Counted from the stretch's first letter, positions 1 to 14,448 are shown. The stretch: 64,000 nt of DNA from Blasia pusilla (GCA_050084515.1 CM114271.1:13702001-13766000); one strand, 5' to 3'. Numbers and translations: made by a program. Notes: generated by a model from the letters alone, not told the origin.

Positions 1-1260
1 GGTGAACTATTGTCATAAATATAAATGCCACTCCACAAAATATGCAATTCTTCCACTAGAGGGGCAAGATATATATATACATCTAAATTTAAACCACTAA
101 CAAATGCTTCCCTAGAATAATCAAGGCAAGTTGCACAAAGAAGTTTTTGGTGCAGAGCCGTCGTGGCAAGTTATAATTCACAAGCACCATAGGCCAGGTT
201 GACCAAACTGAATTCTTATCACAGAAAGGATTCACCCTGTCCAAGGCCAGACCAAAACGACAATTGCGAGCCTCTTGGCTAAACTCAGGCCAAGTTTGAT
301 CAATATGAGGCCATTGTTTTGAATCCCCTATGTGACGAACTAGACCATCAGAGCTCTTTTTTTTATGTCCAAGTCATAAGTTCAGCTATGTTTCTACAAC
401 TATACATTCGCTTCAGTCTTGGTATAATAGGAAAATGTCGTAGAACCTTCACCAGTAGCTTGCTCTTTCCTACATCTTTGAACCTACTAGATCCGCATTG
501 CTACAAGTCCTTATCTTCCCCCCGAAAGAGCATACATCCTTTAGGACAGACATGTATTTGTATGTACTTTAGACCAAGTTTTGTCACAAGGTTCTTTGCC
601 ACATACTGATTCTTTGGGGCTATATTTTGCTCGGGTAGGATTTGACAGGTCAACAATCTCAAAAGCTCATCAACTGTTACGTTGGGAATACTATGCACTC
701 CACAAATGTTTAAAAATAGCATCGTGAAAGCAATTTTACTAGACTTGCAACCAGGATACAATGGTTTACAAGAAGCTTCTAAAAGTTCCTTTTTTGCTGC
801 CCAAGCATCTAATCCACCCTTGCCATGTTCTTGATCAACCCCAGTTTCATCCTCTTTCTCATATTCCATTGGATCCCGTTGATCAAAATTGTGAAAAGCT
901 TCACTTATCATCCTTCCCACATCCATATCTTGGTCTACATCAAGAATTGTGGGCTCTTCTACAATTCTTGGACCTTGTGTACATTGATTGGTGGCAGATT
1001 CTAGATTCCCACTAGAGTTCAAATCCTCGGCCCTCTTCCACTCATCATCAGATGAGTCATAATCTACATGGTTTCTTCATATTCTCAAAGGAGGATGCCT
1101 TGGAATTTAATTAAATGTTTCTCTACCACAGTAAGTAGTATAAATCTAATGCCTTTGCATTTTGGCAAGGACATCGGATTTTTTTAATTCCTAGATTTTT
1201 GGCTGATTCTTTCTCCCTTCGCCAAATCTTCTTGTTATGAGTGGCAACCCGTTCTCAATC
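1..1260 (-). mobile_element. Degenerate CACTA/En-Spm (Tnp2/Transposase_21-type) transposase remnant, running off the window start
   Basis: ORF 501-1022 has KPLYPGC...LPEQN...LGLKYIQIHVCPKGCMLF. Downstream on the minus strand: DGLVRHIGDSKQWPHID..WPEF..EARN.RFGLALD.VNPF...STWPMVLVNYNLP. An upstream IRCPC.KC transposase-associated motif lies near 1150-1190. Stops are present. Confidence 0.9.
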
Positions 1261-2666
1261 ACTGACAAATCTCCTATTGCAAGGGGCGTCTACATGCGTC
1301 ATTTTGATGGTCTAAGAAACTAGAAACATAAAAAAATTGGGTGCTCCAACTATAGCTATTTTACTTAGATTCCATAGGCTTCCTTCAATTTAACCTCAAA
1401 TTTCGAAACTAAAAAGCACTTCCAAACAATTAGAATGGGGAAATCTATTGCTTTATATGTTCATCCAGTTTTAGGTAGCAAAATGATTGGGATAGATGAA
1501 GTGCATGTTAAATAGTCTTCTATATAAGTTCACCTACCATACATATTGGCAAGTGGTTACTTAGTAGGCTATTATAATGTCTAGAAAACTTCGTAGAAAA
1601 CATGAATATTTTTTAAGAAGACATGGGACTTACAGAATCTTTGACCTTGAACTTTGTGAGAAGAAGTGAAGATCTCACTGTAAATTTTGTGAAACAAGTA
1701 TGGTGGTTTTTTGGAGCTCTTCTCCACAAACTCAAGCTTGGTTGCTTCGGGCTATCAATTTTTGAGGTTCGATCTTGACAAATTTCAGGTCCTTGCGCTC
1801 CTCATTCAAAGTTAACTCACTCCAATAGGCGCTGGATGAACAACCTGAATTCCAAAAATTCAATAGTTGTTAACAAGGAGAGTCCCATCATGATAAGGCT
1901 CTGATTTGATAAGTAAGTTAATAGCTAATTTTTTGAAATTATGGATGCATAATTAGCCAATGCTAGCTATTTGTAAAAGGAGATAATTTTGCTGGTCTCT
2001 GGTTCTGTTATGAACCTGAGAAGGGTTCATAACAGACATCTGAAAGTAGAATATAAACATACATAACCATGGCGGGGATTGATGCACACATACAAACAAG
2101 AATAACCCCCAATTTTGATCATAAAACCGCCTTTACATCCGTGCCTTAAGCTTGGGGAATCATTGACTTAATCCTTGCTCCTCGTCGATCTGCACATAAT
2201 TAGATGGCACAAAACCACATCCGTCAAAATCATTTAGAGCCGCAACTATTATCACCAATATCAGACCAACATCCTCTATCAAACTTAGTCTTAAAAATTT
2301 ATGGAAATAACAATACTCTTCAAAACCTAGCTACCCACACTCTTCCTCTACAATACTTGCTTGTTACAAAACTTTGGAAGAAATCAATCAAGTGCACATG
2401 CAAACTAAATGGCAGCCAAGAGACAATCAACTCATTGAGTTACCGGCTCTACCAGGTTAACCAATAGTAATTTTTTACACAATATCAAGACACAATCAGA
2501 AGCAACTTCCAAGATATTAAGCAGCTCCATAATAAGCAGTCTCTATCTATCTCTCCTTCTGTCCGTTTTGCAATCCACACTCATAGCTTTCATCTGTTCA
2601 CAAAGCTAGAAAAACATAAAGAAAATTAAAATGTGGAGGGTGGTGGAGAAGATGTACTAGAACACA

Positions 2667-2837
2667 ATGGACGATAGTGGAGTAGGCATCCGGGTGGGCA
2701 ACAACTCTACTATTGCCCTCATGTTTGCTGATGACTTTGGTGGCCTAGAGGAAAGAGGAGAGAAACTCCAAGCGATGATCTCCATGACCAAAATCAGGTA
2801 AGACATGTGGGGCATGGAGGCAAATGTACTGAAGAAA
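2667..2837 (+). mobile_element. Short non-LTR (LINE-like) reverse transcriptase fragment
   Basis: Manual translation: MDDSGVGIRVGNNSTIALMFADDFGGLEERGEKLQAMISMTKIR*DMWGMEANVLK. The GIRVG...LMFADD...LQ...WGM..N..K pattern matches LINE RT domains 5-6. Confidence 0.7.
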
Positions 2838-3556
2838 GGCCACAAGAAGGTGAACGATATTATTTTGCACATACTTGTGAAGGCCGTAAATAGCTTTGGT
2901 GGTACCAACTCAGCAATTTCAAAACAGGTTATTGCTCTTTCTGTTGTAAATTTCACACAAGTGAATGTACGTTTCATCGATCTCCACTACCACACATTGT
3001 GTAGCATTCCTCTTTTGTTCCTATCCTCCTCTCTTTGGGATTAAGGGAACACACATTCCATATTTTGAATTAAAATTTGACAAAACTACTAATATTGCAC
3101 AAATTTTTTAAGGTGTGCCAATTCGGGATTCACAAGATACATGGGTTCAATTTTGCATAGGATGTGACATCTTAAGAGATCTAAAGACCAAGGATATAGT
3201 GGAGGTCAAATATCTATTGAAAAAAAGGTAAGGCACATACTAGAGCTTCTTATGAAATTTTGGTTTCCATGTAGTAGAGTAATTGATATCTTGACTTTTA
3301 AGATCATAGTTTAATGGATATTATCATTTGTATACAAAAGAGTTGAATCATAGACTTAAATTGCTGAATTAAGTTGGGTTATGTTTTGCAGAGCTGGTAA
3401 CATCTTGAGTTTGGAGCTAGATATGTCGCAACGCATCACTTATAACTATGATGATGCAATCAATCAAAACTGAGCGGAAGCAAATATTGAACTTTTGCTG
3501 ATGGAGAAGATGAGAGCCCTTATTTTGCCTTTGATTCCCATCTTCCAACCCTTGCA

Positions 3557-4775
3557 TGTCACGACCCTCATAACCAAGCAAACTCCAAGCCGAACATCAT
3601 AACTTTAGGGGGCTCACACTAGGATGGTTGAGCTTTGGAGAGGTCTCTTGGAAGAGTCCCAAGAGATGAAACGTGCGAAAAGAGTTTGTGCATTTCATGA
3701 ATTTATTTTCGCGATGAGGAAACCTAGAACAAACGTGAACCAAGACTTGAGAGGAGTCGAGTCTAGGAAGGTTAGTTGCCAAAGAGGTGAGAATCGGATC
3801 TGGAACGAGACTAGCGTTTGGGGTTTTGACTTTGTTTAGGACCATCATGTTGGGACTCAGAACCCAAACCTGGTCTAGGGGAGTGAATTTCAAAAGCCAC
3901 ACTTGGATTCTAGTCCGTGACTCATTTTAGTAAGTCTCGGTTAGGGATTGTCAAGATCCCTTCAATGCCGGGACATCACATCAGAAATAAAGCGCTCTGT
4001 CATTTTTCATAACATCCGTCCCTTGCTGGAATATGGGATCAAACCGCTTGTTTTGCATGTTAGATCCCATTATGATCCCTAACAATGTTGTTTTTCCTTC
4101 CAAATCCTCCCCTTGAAGAGTTGGGGCTGGAAATCAAATCTTTGCCAAAGCTGAGATTTTCTATGCAGCTACGTCTGACAACAATTTGGGCTGTAAATTT
4201 GATTACTGCTTGGCCCTTAGATCCCTTGTGTTGTCCCAATGAATTCTGCTGAAACTGTTCTTTGAATTCCTTCCAAATTCTTTCTTGCTGGAGTTCTGAC
4301 CAAAATTGTAAATCTGGTAGTCCGTTGCTACTTCTCCAAGACTCCTTGAATCAGCCTCGTGAAGCTGAGATTGAACGTTGCGCTATGCTCTGGCTTTGGG
4401 AGAATCTTAGGAGGAGAGTAGTCGCAGCATCATATCTCCGTGTTGTATCATAATCCGTGCTTAAATAGTTGGCTCCGTAGATGTGGGAATGAGTGTATTG
4501 ATGATGGGGCTGCAAAGAGCATGGATTAATGAATGGGAGGATGTGACCAGTGCACGAGAGCACAACATGGAGAAAGTGCCAAAGTGGAAAGAGGTGTTGA
4601 TTGACATGAGGGGTTAATAATGTACACTGAGGTAACAACTTATTCGTACAAATGGGGCAGCATATTGCGTGGCACTCGACTATTACTATCCACATACTCT
4701 TATGGGAAAGAATGTTGGAGGCTAATCAGAAGGGTAACCTGAACTTTTTTCAGGTGAGGCACTTGCATCATCACA
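3557..4775. mobile_element. Possible old solo LTR or LTR fragment
   Basis: Starts TGTCACGACC and ends ...CATCACA, non-coding, LTR-like composition. No TSD found and no second copy in the window. Confidence 0.3.
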
Positions 4776-7700
4776 CTCCCCTAAAGCCAAGATCTATCAT
4801 ATTGTTGTCACATTGTTAGTAGTTGGTGTGAGACAAAGACAACCCTTTAGGCGACAGGGCAGTGAGTAGCATGATATAATATTGCATCGCAATACTCAAT
4901 AGTATTTGAGGATTGGCTTCCAAGTTCTTTTTATAGTATAATTCTATTAGATTCTATTTTTCCATAATTATTTTTAAAATTAGATCATTGTCACATTGTT
5001 AGTAGTTTGTGTGAGAATCTTGGGGGCAGAGCTCAAATCCATCCCAAGTTCAACACTACAGAACCCTTAGAGATAGTGAGATGACCAACAACTACGAATA
5101 GCGTTGGCAGAAGTCCAAGCCCTTCTCGTAGGAAGCCACATTCCAGAGATTCTTATCACGTGCTCATGAAAGAACATTCAATAATAGCTTCACAATAATT
5201 TACAGACTACGATGTATAAGGCATGATTTCCTGCGCACCACACCGACGAACAACCACAAACCAGTCGGTTGTTAGAAAAATCTCCAACCCACATCTTCCC
5301 ACTCACCTTCTACCTAAGCAATCAAGAGAGCTCCCAATGCACAAGGCCAACATAGACTCCCACAAAAATCAAACGTGCAGCATGAGCAAACGGCTAGCGT
5401 TTCTACAAACAACAATCTTTGATGCCTTCTGTCGCACCCTCGGTAGATCGACAGCACTACTTAGCTTCCCGAGACGTCATAGAGTTCTTACACTTGTGAT
5501 TGATGAGCTAGAAAAAGAAGCATAGAAACAACTACAACATCAAAGTAGAACCCCAAAGAAGAGGTGAAATGGACAAAGTAAAAAGACACGTTTGAGAGGA
5601 AAAACGGAAACCGCACCTGAAAGTCCAGTAGGAGATTGTCTTAGGCTGGTATTTCTTGGCTTCCTTCAATGTCCTTGAGAATCTTGACCACCTCGAGCAT
5701 GACTTCCTAGGCAATCCATGAGTAGTGAACACCATCTCCTATCAGCAACATGTGGAAGCCATAGTTGGACAGGGTGAAACAAGACCTCATACGTTTGTAG
5801 AACACTCCAAGGAAGCAGATGCACAACCTGGCAGCATTCTTGATGTCTGGCTGTTGACAAGTTGTGTTGGCCTTGTTTGGGAGAGCTCACTCTTTCCCCA
5901 TAGCAGATCCGGTTCCCATTTATAAACTCTGAGCTCGGTTGATGCTAGATCCGAAACAAGACTATCCAAATTTTGATTTAATCGGTTAGTTTGGATGTAA
6001 TGTGTTGGATCACGCTGAAATTACTGTCTGTTGGTAAGGACTATTGTGCATAGATTGTATCGTGAGATGGCCAAGGTCCTTAGGAACTACAAATCTAGAT
6101 CCAAGAGAATTATATATGGTACCTTCAGAAGTTGAGCTCTCTTGTTATCCAAGAATGATGACGAGGGATGTGCGACTCAAAGACAGTTACTCGCTCCGTT
6201 GAAGGTTTGGTTTGATCTTTCGCTTCAACCAAGCTCGGAGACTAAAGCTTTTTTCTAGGTTTAAACTTCGAGCTCAGAGCTTGTTCCGCCTCGAGTCTTG
6301 TTTCCTTTATAATGAAAGGTTCAAATGGTCCACAAATCCAAGAGCCTACATGACGAAAAACAGAGAGGCATTCCAATGTAAACCTTAAGCTAAGAAAAAC
6401 CCACCTACCTGGAAATTCTTGCATCCGTGACACTTGAAGATGACAAAGACAAAGTTGGGAATTTGGATTGTGAAGGTTGGGATCCTCAATTCCAAGATTG
6501 AAGTGCCCGTGTTCCAACCCAAGACAAGACCGTCATCACCCGATGTTCCTCTTCTGCCCTATCCAGACTGAAGCCAAGAAGCGAATCAGATAGCGCAAGC
6601 TTGTGGAATCCCTATGGCTTTCCCGACACACTCAAATCTGCGCGGATGTGATTCATGAAATCCCCTTCCACTCCAACAAATCCCACTCCTCCTTGGATTT
6701 CATTCCTCTAGAGCAGCGATTCCATCCACAAGCCTCTGCCCTCATTCTCCAGCCACCCCACAAATTGTGAAGGCTCACATACAACAACTCACTTAGCACG
6801 GGTCCCTCATTCCTCCTTCGCCATCCTGCACATTTTCAAGACAACACGTGATTACAAGAAAAGTGTGCCTTCCAAATAGAGTCCCGCTGTTCCGCTTGAC
6901 GCGGATCCCTGCACCCTGAAAACAAGTAATTCCAACATAAGACCAATGCCACAAGTATGAATGGGTGGGTGATGAAAAGATTTAGTATAGGGTTTACGGA
7001 TGATGGAGGGCACATCTCAATTGTCACTTGCCTCACATGCTAAAAATGAGGCCACAACCACCATTGAACGAAAATAGGTCAACGCCGCGATCCGGACCTC
7101 CTCTCTCCCTCTCCTACGCACCTAACACTCTCTCTCCTCTTTCTATCTCTCTATCCCTACATCTACACTATGAGATTCAAATCTCAGTCCATCTACATAC
7201 AAAAGCATGCCCCCTCGATCTTCTGCATAGCAGCGATAGAATTGTGCGGATGTAGCAAGATGCTTGGGAGATCTAGACAAAATCACAAATTCATACTTGA
7301 ACATCCATTGCCTCTACTGTTCTCTCCAATCTCCCACCGAAAAGGGTGTTTCCCGTGTGCGGGAGGATTTCCTATTCATATAAACATAATATAATTTTAG
7401 CAATTAAATTTTTTTTAATAGTTTTCCATCTTTATTTAATTTGTCACAAATTAAATTTTTAGTTCCCAACTTCTAAAACTCCTATTTTTGCAACTATTAG
7501 TACTATCGTTATACATTCCATGTCATTTTGTAAATGAAACTAATTAAAATTCATATTTTAATTAATTAAAATTTTATACATTCATCATAGTTTTAGTCCT
7601 CTTTTACAACTAAGTTCAACTAAATTTAGTTTTTACGGGTTCAAAGTAGTTTTTAATAAGACAGGTCATTTTTTAAGATTATTTTATAAGAAAGTCTTTA

Positions 7701-7889
7701 ACAATTAATTTTTTGTTATTAAACAAAATTTGCCACATCAATTTTTCTAGTCCATCTTAGTTGTATTTTAGGACTAAATTTTGACATGTTGGAACTTTTA
7801 GCCTATCTAGTTGTAAGACTAGTGCTTATGGACTTAGTTGTAAATTTTCTAGTGCTAAATCACTCTTTTCCTTCTAGTGAAGTCTTTGT

Positions 7890-9900
7890 GGCACATGCTC
7901 ACGATAACCTCCATGAGCTCATGACGCCACACTCCTCTCTCGAAATCCACGTTGTTGCACTAATGGTGCAACAAATCATGATTGCTCTCGTGCGAGACTC
8001 ATGGCTGCTACACTCTTCTCAACTATGTTGCACTCAATACACTCCGACATCTCAAAAACATCTCTCAACTTAGGTGAGGTGCACATCAAAAGTACCGCAT
8101 CCCTCATCTGTTTCCTCACGTTTCGTTCCAGCATCCCATACCATGCTTGAACAACCTTTGTTAACCCTTGAGTGACACTAATCAAACGACGTAGGCTAGT
8201 TGATGCCTCCCACAAACTCTCTCTTATGTGCCCATGAAAGGCGTGGATTCTCTATACCTTCTCAGTCTGTACCCATGGTAGGTTCTTCGCAACTCCGCAA
8301 AGAACTCAGCCACATGATTGAACCTAGGACGATCCAAGTGCTCCAGTCTGACTCACTCCTCCGTGACTCTCACCAATGGAAGAGGAAGTAGCCTCCCCTA
8401 GCTCCTCCTCCTCATCTGGAAATGGCTCAATCCATGACACTAATGTGGATCATAGTAGAGTCTCCAGGCCTCAATCTCGGAAGCGTACCTATCGGAGAAC
8501 TCATGGTAATGGTCCATGGGCGCCCCCTCTAGATGTTGGAATACCCCGTTCCATGTTGTGAAAGTTTTGAACTCTCTAGACTTCCTATCCCTCTATGAGT
8601 TGCACCACTCCTTAACTCGGAAATGAAGTTCTGCAACTCAATAGTACCAATAGCTCCCAAATATCTACGCAGTTTTCTACCTCCGTTTGTCCATCTTATA
8701 CGCTCAAATGGTAGGACCACTCCATTTGTGCAGTGATGCACTAACAAACTCCTTTATGCCCTCCCCCTTGTCCGAAGAGGACATAGAAGGAGGTTGATAT
8801 GGTCCTTCACGTGGAGATTCTCAAAACCTTCCGCCACTTCACATAAACCCTTTAGGGCTTCTCTTGAGCACACCACCTTATCTCTCAAAGTCCCAAAAAG
8901 ATGATGTGATGATCCTTATGCCCCCTCAGAAAATTACTCTCAACCTCGCAAGTAATCCCTCAATCATTTGAAATTAATATATGCGGCATTCAATCTACAT
9001 TCCCTCTCATTGAGATGTGTAGTGTGCCGCAACAATCGGCGTGACGTAGCAAATAATTAGTCTATTGTCCAAGGTTGCACGAAAACAGACATGTCAACAG
9101 ACATGCCTGACTCGCACCCAAGCCCGCTTGGAGCCCGCATCTGTTGTGTAGCCCGCAGCCGAGTCACGATGCAGGCTAGAGGTCTGGGCACGCTCAAGGC
9201 CCGCAAAGAGCCGGCCATAAATGCGGGCCTGGTACGGGCCGTGAGCTCACCATCCGCACTCAGGGCGGGCCTAGAGCTCACACCAGGCCCCCAACCCATG
9301 CCGCGACCGGGCTGCGAGCCACGCAACGAATCCGGGCACCAAGCGCGCTCAAGTGCGGGCCTCGGTACCCGTGCCGGCACCGACATGTCCGCGGATACAG
9401 AATTCGTCTGTGTGAAACCTTGTTATTGTCTCATCAACATAGCATACCCTCAACTCTGGACATCCCACGTAGGTCTATGTACTCTAACCTCATACATCAA
9501 TGATGCTCTCAGCATCCCCACAACCCAATATTTGAAATAGCTATTGAATACCCAAAAATCCCTCATATGTGCAGGGCAAAAGACTAAAATGGGTAACCTG
9601 AAAAAATATCTATGTCGCTCCTCAAAAATTCCAAACCTCAACCCTAACTCGATCATAGAGAAAAATTCCTCTAGTGAGGTAGTTGTACTCCCTCAATATT
9701 GACGATGCTCAAACCTCCTTAATATATATTACATTGTCGCATTAATAGCAGCATTGAACAACTATCAACCACATGGAACCCAATAATAGGATACGATAGT
9801 CAATGGCATCCCCTCCCCTAGCAAAAATAAATGCTCTACTCCTCAATATTGGTGCGTTGCGGCCACAAGGGATGCGCCACGGCGTGGCAATTGGCGGTAC
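7890..9900 (-). mobile_element. Degenerate 5' leader plus gag relic of the DNMT-PHD Gypsy family
   Basis: RRLISVTQG...QAWYGMLE and RRYLGAIGTIELQNFISE match the gag at 45060-45878. Nucleotides 8900-9060 and 9430-9900 align by eye with about 45860-46560. Confidence 0.85.
9070..9422. mobile_element. hAT-type MITE (353 bp) inserted in the Gypsy relic
   Basis: TIRs CAAGGTTGCAC / GTGAAACCTTG (10/11 match). 8-bp TSD ctattgtc (9062-9069) / ttattgtc (9423-9430). GC-rich interior. The insertion is absent from the homologous site near 46020-46030. Confidence 0.85.
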
Positions 9901-10144
9901 GTTGCAGCTACAAGCATCATGACACCATATTCAATTTTTGTCGAGGGGAAACCAATCACCAAGCATTACAAAGCGGAACACAAACTCAAATCCCATCAAT
10001 AAAAAAATCATATGTGATCACGATATGGTGCTCGTAGACAATCGATGACGGAACAACTGGACCAGTCTTGTTGGTGTCAAAGGCATAAAACACTTGTAGA
10101 TAACTCAATCCCAAGGAAATCCCAAGGGAGTACAACTAGGAAAT

Positions 10145-10220
10145 CCTCTGCCAACTGATGTGCAACTGCCATTAGCTACTAATTAGTAGCTAATGGCAGT
10201 TGCACATCGGTCGGCAGAGG
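10145..10220. repeat. 76-bp loopless palindrome
   Basis: CCTCTGCCAACTGATGTGCAACTGCCATTAGCTACTAA|TTAGTAGCTAATGGCAGTTGCACATCGGTCGGCAGAGG: 38-bp arms with 2 mismatches. Confidence 0.95.
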
Positions 10221-11239
10221 CCTAAAGTAAGTGGTGGTGGTTGCCCCCATCGTCCCTAAAAGTCATCCAATTAACAACAGGGGAACGACTACAATCAATG
10301 ACCGACATCAGTACCAACGAAAGGGGCAGGGAGACTACAGTAACGGCCGCCACTTGGTAGCTCGGCTTGATGCAATAGCTTTGGGCCACGAGGGCAAAGG
10401 TATTTTGAAATGGTTTCGCCATGGACAACACAGAGATGGAGTGGAGGGCGGGAAAAAAACCCGACACTAAGCGGCTACAGACTATGGCTACCTTGGTTTC
10501 AGACAGACGGGAAACGATATTTTAGGATATGCGGCTGCCTATTTGGGTTGCATGGCCAGAAGGAAAGGTACATCTTCAAGGGCATGAGGGCCAAAGGGCT
10601 AAGGTAGGCTAGACCCGACCAAGAGTCATATCGTGGTAGGATTCTTGCAAGATCGGATCAGTGGGAGGACATGTCGACTAGACATAAGAACCTGACACTA
10701 ATAACAGGCCTAGTGATTCTTTACCATGATTCAAAGCAATATGAGAATATCAATTGAAATTCTTGGTGTTTGAAGAGAGAAGAGAGGCATAAATTTCAAA
10801 ATTCTTGTTTGGGAGAAGAAAAAGATCTCAATGGCAAAAGATTCCAGATGGAGCTGTGACGATGATAAAACTTTGGAAGCATTTTTAGGGCTTTCCTGGT
10901 CGATTCAGCAATCTCGGTCCGCATCGGCCAAAATAAAATTTAATTCTTGTTTTTATCGTCTTGTAGAGCTTGTCGAGAGCTTTCCAATGCATCCAAAATT
11001 GTTTGATTCCAACATTCTGAGCTTTTGCAATAGCAATTTTAGTATAGGAAAGTGCAATTAATGAAGGAAAGTTGTGCAATTTGCTCTCTACAAGCCAACT
11101 TTGACTAGGTCTTCCATATAATTGGTAAATTTTGGAAAATTTGAGGTTAAGTTTTGTGTAGGAGTGGTGTATGCTTCAATTGGAGAAGTGGAGAGCCTGA
11201 AATTATGTTTTGTGAGGAAAATCATTCTTCATGGAGTAT

Positions 11240-12895
11240 TCCTTAGTATAGTAGTAATCACATGCGAGAAGCTAGATAAGTAGAATTACAATGTCTGGAA
11301 GTTTCATATGAAGAAATTTTTCATGGGTCAAGCACTATGGCAGCTTGTTATAGGTGATGAGGCCAAACCAAAAGGTGACTCAATAGACTTGAATGTTTGC
11401 GCTTGGAACAAACGTGCAAGGCAAGTAATCCTCTACTTTCAATAACAATCAGTTTGCCAATGATTGGTCACATTCAAGATGTTGATGGTCAAAAGGAGGC
11501 TTGGGATGCATTAGAAAAGTTCTTCTAGAAATCTAGAAAGGCCTGAAATATTCAATTAAAACAAAAATTAAATGAAGTGAGGAAAGGATCACAAAGCATC
11601 AATGATTATGTTTTGACTATTAGACATATTTTTTTATTAGTTCAATAGCTTTGGAGTGACTGTAGAAGATGATCATCTGATTTTGTTCACTCTTCAAGAC
11701 CTTCCAAAAACTTACAAGTCCTTTGAGACCTCTATCTCTATAAGAGAGAAGTATCCAATCTTTCAAAAGTTAGTCCCACGGTTAATTAGTGAGAAGATGC
11801 GCCTAGTAGGTAATGATAGGTTGCCTAGTAGGCAAGAGAGTGCGCTATTTGCATGTAATGGGTCAAACAAAGGCAAAGGTCATGGTAGAAGATTCTGTGC
11901 TCGTGGTGGATATCAAGCATATGGAGGAAGAGGCACTCAACATAACTTCACTCAATCAACTGCAAATTATTATCAGTCACAATCACAAGGTGGTGATGGT
12001 GGAAACCGTTGGGGTTGAGATGAGCAACCGAGGGTCCTTAGATCTTGAAATTACTATGGGATAATGGATCATCATGCAAAGTTTTGCTTCAAGAAGAAGG
12101 TAGATATGAGAATGGGAGCCTTACAACAACAAAACTATGTCGAGCAATGACATCAAGGGTAATATCAAGAACGAGAACATTTACAAAGTGAGCACCTCTT
12201 GGTCATGACTCATCATATGGGAGCAATAGTCAAGAAAGACTCAACAACAGATTGGTTCATCAACTCTAGTGTATCAAATCACGTGACCATACAAGCTAAA
12301 TGATTCAGTAGTATGGAGTCGGTAAAAGATCCTACAATGGTGCTTACAAGATATGATACTCAACATCATATCACGTATATCCATAAACTTCCAATTACAT
12401 CAGATGGTCTTTGTGCTCTTGGAAATATTTTCTATGTTTCTACTATCGCAAGAAATTTGATCTATGTAAGACAGATAGTAGAACATAGTTATCAAGTGAA
12501 GTTTAACATAGATGCTTTTTTCATTGAAACAATGGATGATCAAACTATAATAGTTAAAGGAAAAAGATTTGGTCGAATGTTCAAATTAGATGTTTCTATG
12601 CTAGAGATTCAAACAACTATATATGTTCAAACTCGCCAATAAGTCACATATCTAAATCTATGGCATAAGAGAATTGAGCATATGAAACTTCAAAGATTAC
12701 AAAATCTTTCCTCATCTAATCTAGTAATAAGACTTCCTACTATGTTAGAGAAATGCCTTGCTTGCCAATTTGTAAAACAAGCTAGATTTCCATTTCCAAA
12801 GCAAGATAGAAGAACATCCAAGATATTTGACTTGATTCACAATCATGTGTGGACAACATCACAACATAACCTTAGTGATTCCTAGTATTTTGCTA
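11240..12895 (+). mobile_element. Ty1/Copia gag-protease-integrase(N-terminal) pseudogene
   Basis: EKLD..NYNVWKF.MK.F.MGQALW gag start. Decayed zinc knuckle near 12050-12090. WFINSSVSNHVT (decayed W..DSG.S.H.T protease). NLIYVRQI, LWHKRI.H and CLACQFVKQARFPF...FDLIH..VW pre-integrase motifs. Many stops and frameshifts. Confidence 0.9.
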
Positions 12896-13139
12896 ATGTA
12901 AGTGTGTTTGGGCCTAGATCAGTAAGGAGAGTGTGATCTACTAAACGCAAGCTTCTGCGACATATAAGACTGGCTTTCAAGGGAGTAGACGCACGACAAT
13001 AAAGATTGTAGATGCATTAGTTTGATCAAATGGCATGACTAAGTAGTCAAAGTATCCATACTAAGTACGAAAAGTAGTCATGGGCATATTCTCATCTGTA
13101 AATTGATTTTTTTTTATAATCGATATCGCTTCTTAGATC

Positions 13140-13545
13140 AAAGCAATTATAATCAGATTCGAGAAGTATTTTGCCCCTTATAGTCGGTTGAACAAGTTAT
13201 ACATACTTCGTAATGGATATTTGATCTTGATCATTTGTTGATTCAGTACTCAATAGTCCATACAAAATTTCATGCTTCTATCCTTCTTTTTCACGAAAAG
13301 AATTGGTTGCATGTGGCTAGAGGCTTGGTTAATTGGATGAAGCCTTTGTGCAATATCTTCTCCACTTGGGCTTTATACTCTTCCAATTCCCTTGGAGCAA
13401 CATGGTAAGGAGCCTTACATGGTGGTGTGATCCTTCTCACAAGGATATCAATCTTGTGGTCTATCCTCTCTTTGGGGAATAACCATAATGGTAAGTCTTT
13501 TGGAACTAAATCTTTATATTCCTCCAATACTTCTCTCAACTTGTT
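13140..13545 (-). mobile_element. Ty3/Gypsy RT N-terminal fragment
   Basis: VLEEYKDLVPKDLP...P.ERIDHKID......PPCKAPY...PRELEE.KAQVE..L.KGFI is the typical pre-RT segment of Gypsy pol. Confidence 0.85.
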
Positions 13546-14356
13546 TCATACCCCTGAATGTTTTTAAAACTACCAATATTTCTAATTAAACTAAAAAAAT
13601 ATACATCTTGATGTTTAAAGGTAGTTTTTCCTATTACATATGGGGGTAGGGTTCTAGGATATGACCTCACTTTATCTCCATAAAGCTTCCATTCTTGGGT
13701 CTTCATAATCTTTTTTCCTCCGATCTATCTCAGGATTATATTGCGATATCAAGGAGTCTCATGCTCTTGGTTCATCCCCATGGTTTCCAAGGTGGGGTTT
13801 AGGTTAAAAACACCCTTGGAGACCCTACCCTTTATATAAAGTTATAGACCATCCTCTCCCTACCTATGGGAAAGTCCTCTTAGGCCACTTCTTGTGGTTC
13901 TCAATCCAACTGTCATTCCAATATGTTGAAGATGGTTTATGAATCTCTGATAATGCATTTTTCTAGATTTTTCATATTTGAGAATCAACTTCTCACAAGC
14001 TTTCCAACACCATCTTGTTCATCCCAAATGCATCTTGGATCTAGTTGTTATGACCTCAAACATGGAGAATCCCTAAATGTGCAATCAAGTTTCAAGCCCA
14101 GTTGTAGTCCTCTTGGCACCTAACTCTTATGGAACTTGAGCTCTTCTCAAGTCCTGTTCAAAATTGATCTTGATCTCCTAGATGACGACATCCATCCTTT
14201 AAGACTTCGATCAAGGCTCGTGTCGCAAGTCTACAAATCTTGTCTTACTCATGAGATTGTGACTCACTTCCATCCTAGTTTGAGCCCAATACTAGAGTTC
14301 AGATGTTCCGCATTGGCATGCGTTTCAAGGCACTTATGGTCTCCATCTCCTCGGTC

Positions 14357-14360
<4 letters not shown>

Positions 14361-14447
<87 letters not shown>
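14361..14447. repeat. (CT)n microsatellite
   Basis: Direct reading. Confidence 0.98.

Positions 14448-14448
<1 letters not shown>

Noticed and set aside
5080-7030. Possible retroelement ORF/LTR remnant
   Set aside because: Composition is suggestive, but no diagnostic motif, terminal pair or TSD could be established.
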